NCBI GenBank assembly: GCA_964016885.1
Contig: OZ024758.1
Coordinates: 32,240,001 to 32,304,000, forward strand
Length of the DNA stretch: 64,000 bases
Source of the DNA: Eledone cirrhosa
Taxonomy: Eukaryota
Direction of reading: 5' to 3'
Shown here: positions 36,063-49,677 of the stretch, in pieces
Numbering within the stretch: the first letter of the stretch is position 1
Layout: the number at the start of each line of letters is the position of its first letter
Position numbers and translations under genes: made by a program
The notes under the pieces: model-generated
What the model saw: only the letters and a program-made list of their open reading frames with translations
Databases searched by the model: none
What the model was told of the DNA's origin: nothing

Positions 36063-36788
36063 ATCATCATCATCATCATCATCAACATTTAACGTCCGTG
36101 TTCCACGATTGCATGGGTTTGGACGGGGGTAGTCCCACTTGAGGCAGGAGTGATTGTCTTGCTTGCATAGGACTGTCTGGCAGGTTTTCTACAGTTGGAT
36201 GCCCTTCCTAATCCAACCACATTTACAGTGTGGGTCTGGGAGGTTTTTACCGTGTTGCCTACACGGCCACATTACAGCGTGGACTGTGTGTTTTTTGTCG
36301 TGACACCTACACGATCTCATTTGTTTCGGCCTAGATGGCGCGGCACCAACATAACTTTACATAGAACGGGGTGGTGTGGATGGGGTGGGGGTGGTGGTGG
36401 TGGGACGGGGTGTATTTTGTTAGAGATGCCTACTGGCTGGAGTAGGTTTTACTATGTATTTAGGTAAGGCGGGTCTTCTCTGTTACTGAGTACCGCCAAA
36501 GGTCTCGGTCCAGTGACATTGTCTTGGAGAGGTGTAAGTGTGTGAGGTCGGAGTTTATCAGCTCGTCCCAGGTTTTTCTAGGTCTGCCTATTCCGTGGCT
36601 ACCGTCTATCTTTATTGCCCTGCACTTTGTTATACAGCTATCGACTTTCATGCGCATCACGTGTCCATACCAACGTAGCCTTCTCTCGAGTAAACAACAT
36701 CTGATCCCTCTTATCTCTAATTTTTCCTTAGTTCGTTTATGCTTTGCCGTTCACGTATATTACTGTTACACATCCAGCGGAGCATGCA
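36063..36788 (-). mobile_element. RTE family C, 3' fragment
   Basis: WYGHVMRM, GRPRKTWD, 3'UTR and (GAT)n. Confidence 0.9.
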
Positions 36789-37464
36789 ATATATATACAT
36801 ATAAGAAGAAATTAAAAGATGCTTAAAAAAGTTCCATGTATTTTATTATGCACATTTCAAAAACAAATATCATCCTGGGACAATATTTGCATTCTCATCA
36901 GATAAAATAGGGAAACATGATATGATGCCTAAAAAAACACTTGTGAACAAATAAGTGTTCAGCCAACATGTGATAAATAAATTTAAAAGGATATAGAAGA
37001 TTGGAAAAAAGGAAGGAAGAGGAAAAAAGAAAAAGGAGAGGATAACAGAGGAAGAATATAAGAAGGAAGGAGGAAAGAGAAAGTAAAGAGAGAGAGAGAC
37101 ATTTAAACTGGAAACGCTGTCACAACTGAAAAATAATAACTGAATAACGGCTGTAAATAAATAAATAAATTAAAAAATTTAAAATTGATGAGGTTTATGA
37201 TATAGAAATTAGGTATACTATTTATTTAGGGTTTATATACTGAAGTATTTATTAAGAGGTGCGAAAATGTATTATTAAAATAAAATAAAGTAAGATAAGA
37301 TACAATAAATTAAAATAAAATTAAACTTATCCGATATTTGCACTGGTTTATTGTTCTACAATAAAACTCACCTCCTACATATATATACATATACATATAT
37401 ATATATACGTATATATATCCATATATATACATATATATATCCATATACATATACATATATATAT

Positions 37465-37509
<45 letters not shown>

Positions 37510-37652
37510 AATGAAGTAATTCCGTCGGAAAGGTCCAGGAAAAAAGAATGCTCTATGTAGGTTACAGAGCTTATTTTGTTTGGTTTCAAGAAACCACTGG
37601 TAAATGAAATAATTATCTTATGTTGTTTATTACATAACTATATATATATATA

Positions 37653-40600
37653 TCATCATCATTTTACATCCGCTTTTCCCTGCTTGCAAGGGTGGGAAGC
37701 GTCTTATTCAGCACAGCATCTCTCCGTTGGTCAGGGCCCTTCGTCATCTCCACCGTGAGCTTCAGCGATCTGAGGTCTGTTCTCACCACCTCCGCTCATG
37801 TTTTTCGTGGTCTACCTCTACCACGTCTTCCTTCAACTGGCATTTCCTAGCACTTCTTCACCCATCGGTCATCCTCCATGCGCATCACATGTCCATACCA
37901 CCTCAGTCTCCTCTCCCATACACTACATTCTATCCCTCTCAGACACAGTTTCTCTCTCAACACATTCATGCTGGGTCGTTCACGCACATTGACATTGCAC
38001 ATCCAACGGAGCATGCTTGCCACATTTCTCTCCAGCCGTCACATATCCTCTGCAGTTACTGCCCATGTCTCACTACAATGCAGCATCGCGCTCCTCACAC
38101 AGGCATCATATAACAGGCCTGCGTCAGCAGAGGAAGCATCTCCCTAAACTTCTTCCAATCCATCCTTATTCTAGATACTATCGCTTCGGAACATCCCCCT
38201 CCCTTGCTTATCTCCTAGGTACTGGAAGCTATCCACCACTTCTATAGCACCCGCCTACATTTGAAAAATGTGTCCATCAACGCGACTTCTACTGTCTAAT
38301 TTCCCTGTACATCTACTGCATACGTATTTCTCCCTACCTGTTAGTATCCCACTACATCTCTTGTGTACCCAGGATCTGCATTGTGTACATTTTATAGAAT
38401 TTATGCCAGTTCCTTTTCTGCATATCGAACATGGCCATTTCCCTGACAGAATCAGAGTTGTGTCCTCTTTTGTACTCATCAACACTTTTTTCTTAGCTAG
38501 GTTCACTCTCAGTCCTCTTGCTTCCAACTGCTGTTTCCATAACCAGAATTTATTCTCTAGCTCCTCTACTGATTCTGCTATAAGAACCAGATCGTCAGCA
38601 TAGAGAAGTTCCCATGGACAGCCAGTCTTAAACTCCTCTGTTTTGGCTTGGAGGACTATAATGTACAAGAGCGGGCTGAGGACCGAACCTTGATGTACTC
38701 CTACTTATATCTGGAATTCCTCACTAAATTCCATTCCTACCCTGCCTTTACTGACAGCACCTGTGTACAAAGTTTGCACTGTCCTCACAAGCCATTCCTC
38801 AACACCTGGTTTCCTTAGGGATCACCAGATGACAGATCGGGGTACCCTGCCAAAGGCCTTCTCTAGGTCAACAAAGGCTAAGTATAGTGGCTTATTCTTC
38901 TCTAAGAACATCTCTTGTAATTGTCTCACCAAGAAGAGGGCATCTGTTGTACTTTTCCCAGACACAAAACCAAATGGCATCTCATCTAGCTTGACCCTTT
39001 CTCTGCCACTTTCATAACCTGATCCATCAGTTTTATGCCCCTATAATTGCTCCTCTCCAGAGCATCCACTTTACCTTTGTAGCAATTCAAGTGAATACTG
39101 CTGCACCAGTCTTTGGGTATGACACCACCATAGATAGCCTGATTGATGATGCGTGCAACCAGTTTAGTGCCTACGTCCCCTGATGCCTTCAGCATCTCAG
39201 CAACTATCCCTGACGGTCCAGCAGCTTTACCATTTTTCATTTCCTTAATCGCCTCTTGGACCCTATATTCGCGAATCTCAATAGCTGGTCCCTCTGTCGG
39301 ATCTACTGAGGGTAACTTCTCTCTCTCCCATTCGTTCTCCACATTCATCAGTCTCTCATAATGACATTTCCAGGCCTCCTTTTTCTGATCATTCGTGACA
39401 CTAAGTACACTGGCATAATTCCAGACACATTTATCTCCAACAACATTCAGATTTGCATTGACACACTGCCTTGCAATGTGGAACACAGCACGCCTCTGAT
39501 CTTCCCGTCACAGAACATTGGCAAACCTCCTACTCTCACCCTCCCTGCGTGTTAAGTACACCTGACGTCTAGCTTCTCTCTTAGCGGCTGTATATTCTTC
39601 CCTACTCCCACCCTTTTTCCAAGCCTTCCATGCTAGTTTTTTGTCTCTAATGGCCCTACCTACTGTGCTGTTCCCCCACCAGGTCACTCTCTGTCTGGTT
39701 GGAGCTCTGCTTCAGCCACAAGTTTCATCAGTAGCCTGCAGTAAGTTGTCACGTAAGAAATTCCAGTTATTATCTATGCCATGCGACTCTAAATCGTTTT
39801 CTTTTTCGTCATACATGTCTTGAAGGGCTTTCCTAAATTTGTATTTTAGTGAAAGGTCTTTTAGCTTCCAGACCTTTCTTCTCCACACATTCCTGTATGT
39901 CTCATTCCATCTCTTGCTTACTGAGATATCACTAACGACTAACCTATGCTGTGGGGTACAATCTTCCCCAGGGTATGCCTTGGTATTAGACACCATCTGC
40001 CTGTCCCGCTGCCTAACTAGTAAGAAGTCAATCTGGCTTATGTGCTCGCCTGATTTGTAGGTTATTAGGTGGTTGGCAGGTTTCTGGAAGTTAGTGTTGC
40101 AAATAGTCAATGTACTTGCATCACAAAATTCAAGAAGTCTCACTCCTTCATTTCTTGAGTCGTAACCGAGCCCACCATGTACCCCAGTGTAACCATCCTG
40201 GAGCTGTCCAACATGACCATTGAAGTCCCCTGCTAGCATAACGATGTCTCTGTCCTCTGTCATTGCGGCTGTTTGTAAAAGTTGCTCGTAAAAGCAGTCT
40301 CTCTCTTCTTTGCCTAGGCCTGCTTGGGGAGCATAGGCTGAGATGATTATCAGTAGTCTCCTGCCTACAACTAATCTAAGCTTAATTATTCGATTACTAA
40401 CTCAAACTACCTTTATTGTCTTATTGATCCATTTCTCAGCCAGCAAAATGCCTACTCCCCTTAACCCATCATCCTTAACTACCCAGAAAAGCTTATAGCT
40501 AAGATGTTTGCCTACGACTAGTCTCGCAGAGGCACCTCTCCATCTCACCTCTTGCATGCAGCACACATCCACATGCCTTCTCTTCAGCATCTCCACTATT

Positions 40601-40861
40601 TCACCGATCTACCTGTGAGAGTGCCAACATTAAGTGTGGCAACTCTGAGATGCAACGTCTTCATATTTTTGTTGTCCCTCTATCTTTGTTGCTGTGCTGA
40701 TAATTGTTTTGGCATTGATACACTGGTTGGATGCCCTTCCTAACACCAGTGCCACTTTACAGTATGGACTGGGTGGTTTTATTCGTGCCACGAACACTAG
40801 AGAGGATGTCTTACTGGACTCATGGGCCCTCTCTACCCCTCCATTTTACAGCATGGTCATA
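37653..40861 (-). mobile_element. RTE family A, near full length, degenerate
   Basis: 5'UTR; APE (TLNVG, QEVRW, AYAP, GDFNGH, QIDF, QHRLV); RT (KAAGPSG, YADD); Cys-rich insert; tail. Many stops and frameshifts. Confidence 0.95.
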
Positions 40862-40959
40862 ACAGAAAAAAAAAATATATATACATATATATATATACAC
40901 ATATATACATATATATACATATATATATACATACATATACATATATATACATATATATA

Positions 40960-42038
40960 GTTTTGCGAGGTTTTTATATGAAATCGTGTGTCGAAACAAA
41001 TATTGTTATACTTGGGGAGGGTCATATTTGTGTAATATTGCCAGAATTAATAACAGAACGCACTCACTGTTTGGTTGGTTTTCGCTTCTCGTTGTCTTTT
41101 ATATCTGCGATCTAACTTACTCGGTCCTCAATGTTGCCATTGACGGACCGACGGTCAAAAATAATACAGATACAATATAGACACAAACACATATATATAG
41201 TTTACATAATTTACATAAATCTTTCGTTGCACATCTGCAACATCGTCAGTGGTGTTATATTTTTTTCCTCCTGTTGTGTTGTATGTCTACGCCATTTTTT
41301 ATTCAGTCTGTCTATATATTTATTTATTTATTTGCTTGTTTGTTTATTTTATTTTATAGACCAACACTGGGGGGAACTAAAAGGACGAAAAAAACGGGTC
41401 AGTACAATACGAACATGCTAGACAACAACATGACGGTAACATAGACAACATAGAAATTAGAATAATATCTAAACATAGGAATGACCCAGCAGATAGGCAA
41501 ATCAGAGAGGCCAGTGAAATAGAAATTAGAAGACCAAAGCTAAACAGAAAGAATGAGTGGAACAACAACAACACCCAAACAAACAACACTGACCTAAGAG
41601 AAGTATAAATAAGTAAATAAAAAATAAAATAAGATAAATAAATACATACACAAGCACATAAACACACACTAGTCAAAGAAGACAAAATAAAATAAACAAA
41701 CAAGCAAATAAATAAATAAATATATAGACAGACTGAATAAAAAATGGCGTAGACATACAACACAACAGGAGGAAAAAAATATAACACCACTGACGATGTT
41801 GCAGATGTGCAACGAAAGATTTATGTAAATTATGTAAACTATATATATGTGTTTGTGTCTATATTGTATCTGTATTATTTTTGACCGTCGGTCAGTCAAT
41901 GGCAACATTGAGGACCGAGTAAGTTAGATCGCAGATATGAAAGACAGCGAGAAGCGAAAACCAACCAAACAGTGAGTGCGTTCTGTTATTAATTCTGGCA
42001 ATATTACACAAATATGACCCTCCCCAAGTATAACAATA
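40960..42038 (+). mobile_element. Penelope-like element with inverted pLTR arms
   Basis: 41001-41355 is the near-perfect reverse complement of 41683-42038. The spacer encodes the GIY-YIG C-terminus (EHARQQH...REASEI..RPKLN). Confidence 0.9.
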
Positions 42039-42227
42039 CATATATATATATATATAAATATTAAAACAATGAAATTAAACACAAAACTGTTAATTCATAG
42101 TAAAACGCATTATTTTACGATCGTTTCTGGGGGGGGGGGGGTAGTTCCCTGTATGTTCATTCAATTATTGATCTATGTAAAAGATATTACAAAATATCAT
42201 AGTAAGAAAAAGATACATACGTCTTCA

Positions 42228-43213
42228 CGTGGTTTTTACCGTGTTACCTACACGGCCACATTACAGCGTGGACTGTGTGTTTTTTTTGTCGTGACACCTA
42301 CACGACCTCGTTTATTTAGGACTGGATTTACATCGAAAGAGGTGGTGTAGATGGCAGTGGAGGTAGGGGTAGTGGGACGGGGGTGTATTTTGGTTAAGAG
42401 GTGCCTACTGACTGTAGGTTTCGCTTTGTACTTAGGCAAGGCGGATCTTCTGTGTTACTGCGTAGCGCCAAAAATCTCAGTCTAGTGACATTGACTTGGA
42501 GAGGTGTAAATGTTTTTAGGTCGGAATTTATCAAGTCATCCCAGGTTTTTCTGGGTCTGCCTACTCCGTAGCTACTGTCTATTTTGATCGCCCTGCACTT
42601 TTTTATACAGCTGTCGTCTTTCATGTGCATCACGTGACCATACCAACGTAGTCTTCTCTCGAGTAAACAGCATCTGATCCCTCTTATTCCTAATTTCTCC
42701 CTTAGTTCATTTATGCTTTGCCGTTCACGTATATTACTATTAAACATCCAATGGAGCATGTTAGCTTGTTCCTCTCCAGTCTGCGTAGATCCTCTGCACA
42801 CAAGGCCCATGTCTCACTGCTGTTCGTATGCAGGCATCATACAGCCTGCCTTTCATTTTTAGGGAGAAACCCTTAGCGGCCAATCCCGTTCTGACTCTAG
42901 CTACTGTACTTTCGGAGCACCCTCCCCCACTGCTGATTTTGTCACCCAGGTAACGGAAGGTGTGAACTATTTCTATAGAACCATCTGTGCAATGGAATGA
43001 GCTAGTATTCTGTGGGCATTTGCTGCTACTTATTGCACCAGAGCACCGGCCACATATAAAATCTATATTCTTAGTTAGCTTACCTGCGATCCCACTACAT
43101 CTTTTATGCACCCATACTTTGCATTTGGGACATAAAATGGAGTTTCTGCCTACTCCTTTCCTACACACTGAGCATGGCAATTTCCCAGATGGGACCAGTG
43201 CCCTATTCTCCTT

Positions 43214-43217
<4 letters not shown>
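42228..43217 (-). mobile_element. RTE family C fragment
   Basis: PCSVC...CPKC..WVHKRC, FRYLG and WYGHV. Confidence 0.9.
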
Positions 43218-43255
<38 letters not shown>

Positions 43256-43647
43256 GGTGAATTTATATTTGTATTAATCTCCTGAGTCTTACAATTAACC
43301 TGTTAATAATTCTATTGACAGATTAATTGCATAAGTTTATTTTAAAAACTACCCGGTTGAGTGCTTATTCGATTTGCACTATTTATGCAATTTTTTGCAT
43401 GTTTTACACATACTGAATTCATTTGCCAAATTCTGGGTTTTTTCCCCTTGTGAGTTACACATGTGCTTTTACAAAACACTACTTCATTCACAACACTGGC
43501 GCAGAACAAAATACCTGTTGATAACATGATATTCCTCGTTCGATCATTATACCAAAAGCTTATGGTTTTAAGCAGACAGTATTATTGATTTAGGTGTCAC
43601 ATGTATTTGGATTTTACCATCAATTCCAATGGGTCCAGGTTAGTTTT

Positions 43648-43694
<47 letters not shown>

Positions 43695-43915
43695 TTTGTC
43701 ATTTATTTTGTCTGACCTGTTTAGCTTGACTTGTTTTTTTGGCTTAGGTGGTTAATGCCTTCTTGACCACCTCCTCAGTTTGTATGGCGTTTATAACTTA
43801 TGTTTATTGCTCTTTTAAACTATGGAGCGCTTGCCAGCATGACTCTGAATTTGCGTTACGTTTTGCTTTTTCTACTTGCCGAAATGCGATTCTCGCTGAA
43901 TTTATATTTATATAA

Positions 43916-43950
<35 letters not shown>

Positions 43951-43957
43951 CATGTAA

Positions 43958-44592
43958 ACGTTGGTATGGCCACGTGATGCGCATGAAAGATGACAGCTGT
44001 ATAAAAAAGTGCAGGCCGATCAAAATTGATAGAAGTTACGGAGTAGGCAGACCCAGAAAAACCTGGGACGATTTGATAAATTCCGACCTTACACACTTGC
44101 ACCTCTCTAAGACAATGTTACTGGATCGAGATCTTTGGCGCTACGCAGGACTACAGAAGACTCGCCTTGCCTATGTACAAAGCGAAACTTAGTCAGTAGG
44201 CATCTCTTAACCAAATATACACCCCCATCCACTACCCCTACTCCCACTCCCACCAACGCCACCCTTTCTCTGTAAAGTTGGTACCCCAACATCCAGTCCA
44301 AATTAATGCAATAATTGAGATCGAGATCGTGTAGGTGTCACAACAAAAAAACACACAGTCCACGCTGTAATGTGGCCGTGAAGGTAACATGGTAAAAAAT
44401 TCCCAGTTCCACACTGTAAATGTGGTTGGTGTTAGGAAGGGCATCCAGCCATAGGAAACCTGCCAGATAGTTCTATACGAGCGAGACACAGTCACACGGT
44501 CAATCTTGCCTCAAATTGGGACAACTCCCGTCTAACCCATGCTAGCGTGGAAGATAGACGTTAAACGATGATGATGATGATGATGATGATGA
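43958..44592 (+). mobile_element. RTE family C, 3' fragment
   Basis: RWYGHVMRMKDDSC..GRPRKTWD, 3'UTR and (GAT)n. Confidence 0.9.
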
Positions 44593-44772
44593 TATATACA
44601 TATATAAATATATATATATATGCATATATATATATATATCCATATATATATATACATATTCATATATATATATATGTTTTCATGCCAACAGAAGAGCAAG
44701 AATGAGGGGCTCATTCTACTGACATGGCTTTAAACATCAGACTTGTTTGCATAATTGTAAATGAATCGAATA

Positions 44773-46746
44773 TCTCTATATATATAAAACGGTAGGTGTC
44801 TGTCTGTGTGTGTATGATTTTTATGCCTTTCCACATTTCTCTACCAAATTTTGATGTTTTTGTTCAATGTGCTCCAAATTTACCAAGGCAGGTCAACCCC
44901 TAATAATCTTTGCCAAAAAATTCCCGCTTCTATGAAAAAAAATCGATAAAACTAAATACCTGCTGTAACCCTCTCTCTTACACGCTTCATTCCTCTCACT
45001 ACTACCATAAAAAATCTATGAAACTACATAAATGTTGCAACTCTCTCTCTCTATCTATATATATATATATCACACACACACACATATACATCTAAAGAGA
45101 GAAAGGGAGATGTAGAGAGAGAGTGAGATAGGTCGTTATACAGAGAGAGGTACAAGATAATCAGATAGAGACAGAGAGAGAGAGAGAGAATGGCGACGAA
45201 CGCTGGTTCACACACACACAAACACACATATATATATAAAGAGAGAGAGAGAGAGATCTGCGCGTTCTCTATTGTTCTCCATTCTGTAGATGAAGAGAGA
45301 GAGAGGGGGGGGGGGGTATGAGTCAGAGAGAGAGTGAAGGTATGAGAAAAAAGGGAGAGGGGTTGAGAAAGAAAGAAAGTTTAAGCAAAGAATCGCTGCT
45401 TTCAACATTAACGGGATCTTCTTAAACTAATAAATTCTATCTGTGGACGCAGAATTAAATATTTCGAGAAACGTTGCAATCGAAAGAAAACAGGAAAACG
45501 ATATTTTGGTTCGTGAAGACGTTCCGTGGCAATGAATGAAAAAAAAGCAGGGATAATACGTCGTTATGTGGACCGAGAAGAACAATTTCATGCAAAGACA
45601 AGACCAAGTTTATGGTGTAAATGAAGTCGTTAGACTAATATTCTATTTAAAAATTTAAAATGATTTCCAGCCCCGGGGTTTAAGAGTGATGTAAATAAAA
45701 TTGTAAACGAAAATGACAGAGGTTATTAAAATAGTTGTTTCTACTTTTGGCACAAGGCCAGCAATTATCCAGTACATTACAGGTTCTTTATTTTATCAAC
45801 CCCATAAGGATGAAAGGCAAAGTTAACCTCGACGGGATTTTAACTTTGCCTTAAAATAGTAAAAGTAAATAGTGAAGATTTAGGCCAGTACATACATCTG
45901 CGCTGACGGACATACACATACATATACATATGCACACACAATACATACACAAACACACACGCACGCGTGTGCAAACCTTATGCACTTCTACAGTATTTTC
46001 ACCAAACTTAAGACATAGGTTACTTATGAACTCCGGATGGTCATGGGTACTTCATTTTTCCAGATATTGATTATAGGGCCTCCCGGCAGATAACCCTCTG
46101 TAACCACTTCCTTGAAGTCGACTGAAGCACTGCAGTGTAATGCAACAAAGCATCATAACTTGACACATGGGCTAGGTTTGTTCTACAGATGAATGTGAAA
46201 GGAACTTAACATTGTAACTTTAACACAGCTACTGAGCAGCCCTGAGCAACGTTGAACTTTACTGCTATAGGCGATAAAGTTGTGCAGACAGTCGGGCTGA
46301 TAGACGATGGAGGCATGCAGACAGACAGTCGTGCAGAGGGGTGATATAGGCGATAAAGTTGTGCAGACAGACAGTCGTGCAGAGAGGTGATAGGCAATAA
46401 AATTCCATTTTTTTTTCTTTTCATGTCCATCCAATTTCTTTGTTTCAAAATAACTGATAGTTTGGTTACGCTGATGTTTTTCTCAGTGTTTACATTTTCG
46501 AATTTTGTTAATAGATTACCAGCGCAGTTTTTATCCCCAGCATCCTCTTTTGTTTTAACATTCGAGTTATGGTTATGTTTTCTTAACTTCATAAGGCATA
46601 CTGTTGGTTGAGGGAATATTAATCAAAAGTACCACATGAAAGTCTACACTGTAGACTCTACAGTTTTAAGCCAAGAAAGCAACTTAACATTGTAATTTTA
46701 ACACAGCTACAGAGCAGCCCCGAGCAACGCCGGGCTTTACTGCTAG
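44773..46746 (+). mobile_element. non-autonomous Helitron
   Basis: A|TCTCTATATATATAAAA 5' end. 3' hairpin cccg-agcaacgc-cggg then CTAG|T. No TSD. Internal (GA)n/(CA)n and a SINE fragment at 45733-45845. Confidence 0.8.
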
Positions 46747-46851
46747 TTATTATTAATATTTGAGAAACTCAGATTACATTTATTGTATTCAGCCATGTAG
46801 AGCAAAAAATATATTTTTTTTATTATATATACATATACATATATATATATA

Positions 46852-46911
<60 letters not shown>

Positions 46912-46912
46912 A

Positions 46913-49627
46913 TCATCATCATCATCATCATCACCGTTTTACGTCCGTTCTTCCACGCTAGCATGGGTTAGACGGGTTGTCCTGTTGTGGGCAGTGTCTG
47001 GTCGGCTGACCATGCCTTGCTCATACAGGAACTGATCTGGCTTGATTTCTACAGCTGGATGCCCTTCCTAACACCAACCTCATTTACAGTGAGTGCTGGG
47101 TGCTTTTTCGTGGCGCCTACACGTCCACTTTACAGTGTGGGCTGGGTGCTTTTTTGCCGTGGCACCTCCACGACCACCTTGCGGTGGGGGGGGGGGGGGG
47201 CATATTGTTTATATGCTTCAGCATGTACCCATGGGAGGTCGGGTACCCTGTATTACTGCGTGACGCCAGAAGTCACGGTCGTGTGTCATTGACTTTGAGA
47301 GGTGTAGTTGGGTAAGGTCGGCTTTTATCACCTCATCCCAAGTCATCTTGGGTCTCCCCACTCCGCGGTTTCCATCAACTTCTAGTGCTCTGCACCTTTT
47401 TATGCAGCTGTCATCCTTCATACGCATCACATGTCCATACCAGCGTAACCGCCTCTCCTGCACGCAGCATTTGATTCCTCTTATGCTCAGTCTCTCTCTC
47501 AATTCCTTTATGCTTTGTCGTTCACGTATATTACTGTTACACATCCATCGGAGCATGCAGGCTTCGTTTCTCTCTAATCTACGTAAGTCTTCCACCTTCA
47601 GCGCCCAGGTCTCACTACCATGCAACATCGCTGTTCGGATACACGCATCATACAGTCTGCCTTTCATTCTGAGGGAGAAGCCTTTTGCAGCTAGCAGTGG
47701 TAGTAGTTCCCTAAACTTCTTCCATCCCGTTCTTACCCTAGTTATTGTACTTTCTGAGCACCCACCTCCGTTGCTAATTCGGTCACCTAGGTAGCAGAAG
47801 CTGTCTACTGTTTCTACAGGGCCCTCCCAGAGATTGGTGGTACTTGTTTCCTGTGGCTGTTTGCTTGCTGTTTCAGCACAGCTGCTGCATGTGAATCCTA
47901 CATTCTTAATTAAGCTTCCTGAGATCCCGCTACATCTCTTGTGTACCCATTGTTTGCATTTGGGGCAGAGAATGGAGTTCCTACCTACACCTTTCCTACA
48001 TACTGAGCAAGGCCATTTCCCTGAGGGGATCTGGGTTCTGTTTTCTCGTCTACTTATAAGGACCTTAGTCTTTGTCATGTTGACTTTGAGGCCCTTTCTC
48101 TCTAGTCCCTGCTTCCAGGTTTGGAATTTATTCTCTAGTTCTACCATAGATTCAGCTATGAGTGCGAGGTCATCAGCATACAGGAGTTCCCATGGGCATC
48201 CGGTCTTAAACTCCTCCGTTATTGCCTGCAGGACTATGATGAACAGGAGAGGGCTAAGAACAGAGCCCTGGTGGACCCCAACCTGTACGCTAAATTCCTC
48301 GCTATACTCATTGCCAATCCTAACTTTGCTGACTGCTCCCCTATACATGGCTTGTACCGCTTTCACAAGCCATTCATCTACTCCTAGTTTTCTAAGAGCC
48401 CACCAGATTACTGCACGTGGAACTCTGTCAAAGGCTTTCTCAAGGTCGACAAATGCCAAGTAGAGTGGCTTACTTTTAGCTAGGTACTTTTCCTGTAATT
48501 GCCTCACAAGGAAGAGGGCATCAGTGGTGCCTTTCCCTGGTACAAACCCAAATTGCATCTCGTCTATATTCACCCGGTCCCTAATCAGCTGTGCTATAAC
48601 TCTTTCTGTTACTTTCATGACCTGGTCCATCAACTTTATACCTCTATAGTTTCCTCTATCTAGTGCATCGCCTTTACCTTTGTAGCAGTTGACAATGATG
48701 CTACTGCACCAATCTTTTGGTATGGCCCCCTCTAGTATTACCTGGTTAACGATACGTGTGGTTATAGTGTGACCTACAGACCCAGATGCCTTCAGCATCT
48801 CGGCAGCTATACCCGATGGACCGGTTGCCTTCCCTATCTTCATATCTCTGATTGCCTTACTTACTACGCTGCCGCTGACTTGTACTGCTGGTCCCTCTAT
48901 AGGGTCTACGTGGGGTAGGGTCTCTTCTTCCCATGCATTCTCCTCATTTAGTAATCTATCATAATGACTCTTCCATGCATCTTTCTTCTCAGCACTTGTG
49001 AGGGCAAGCTCACCTTTATCATTCCGGATACACTTCTCTCCAATGACATCACAACTATCTCTGACACACTGCCTCGCAATCTTGAATACCTCCTGTTTCT
49101 GGTCCTCACGTTGTAAAACATGCTTGAATTTTCTATCCTCTGCTTCCCTCCTAGCTAAGTATACTTGTCGCCTAGCTTCCCTCTTGGTCTCTATGTAATG
49201 TACCCTGCTCCCCCCGTTCTTCCATTCTTTCCATGCCTGTCTCTTGGCCTTGACTGCTTCATCTACCCTATTGTTCAACCACCAAGTCACTCTCCTCCTG
49301 CTTGAGGTCTTACTCCAGCCACAAACCTCATCCGTCGCCTCTAGTAAGTTATTTTTTAGGAACTCCCAGTTCTCTTCTACGTTAAATGTCTCTATCTGTT
49401 CTTCTTTACTGTCGTAGGCGTTGAGTAAAATATCTTTAAATCTGTTACTGGTTGAGGGGACTTTCAGCTTCCAGATCTTTCTTCTCCAGGTTGGCCTCTG
49501 TTTCAGGGCTCGTCTAGTTCTGACCGTGAGGTCACTGACAACTAAGCTATGTTGGGATGTACATTCCTCACTAGGGAAGGCTTTTGTGTTTACGACCGTC
49601 CATCTGTCACGTCCTCTGATGAGGATA
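46913..49627 (-). mobile_element. RTE family B, 5'-truncated young copy
   Basis: Uninterrupted ORF, complete 3'UTR and (GAT)n tail, lying between TA-rich tracts. Confidence 0.96.
47218..49627 (-). CDS. RTE ORF: APE C-terminal end, RT (YADD), PHD-like C4HC3 insert and C-terminal domain; lacks its own start
   Basis: About 800 codons with no stop: KATGPSG, NYRGIKL, QFGF, DLEKAFDRV, GVHQGSVLSP, YADD, FCYLG, WYGHV. The N-terminal MMMMMIYIY is microsatellite read-through. Confidence 0.9.
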
Positions 49628-49677
49628 AAATATATACATACATATACATATATATATATATCTATGTATATATATAT

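Noticed and set aside
36790-37645. Unassigned AT-rich segments between transposons (also 42050-42225, 43250-43910, 17400-17680)
   Set aside because: No SLC4-like exon or convincing motif found by eye. Probably old repeat fragments; left uncalled.
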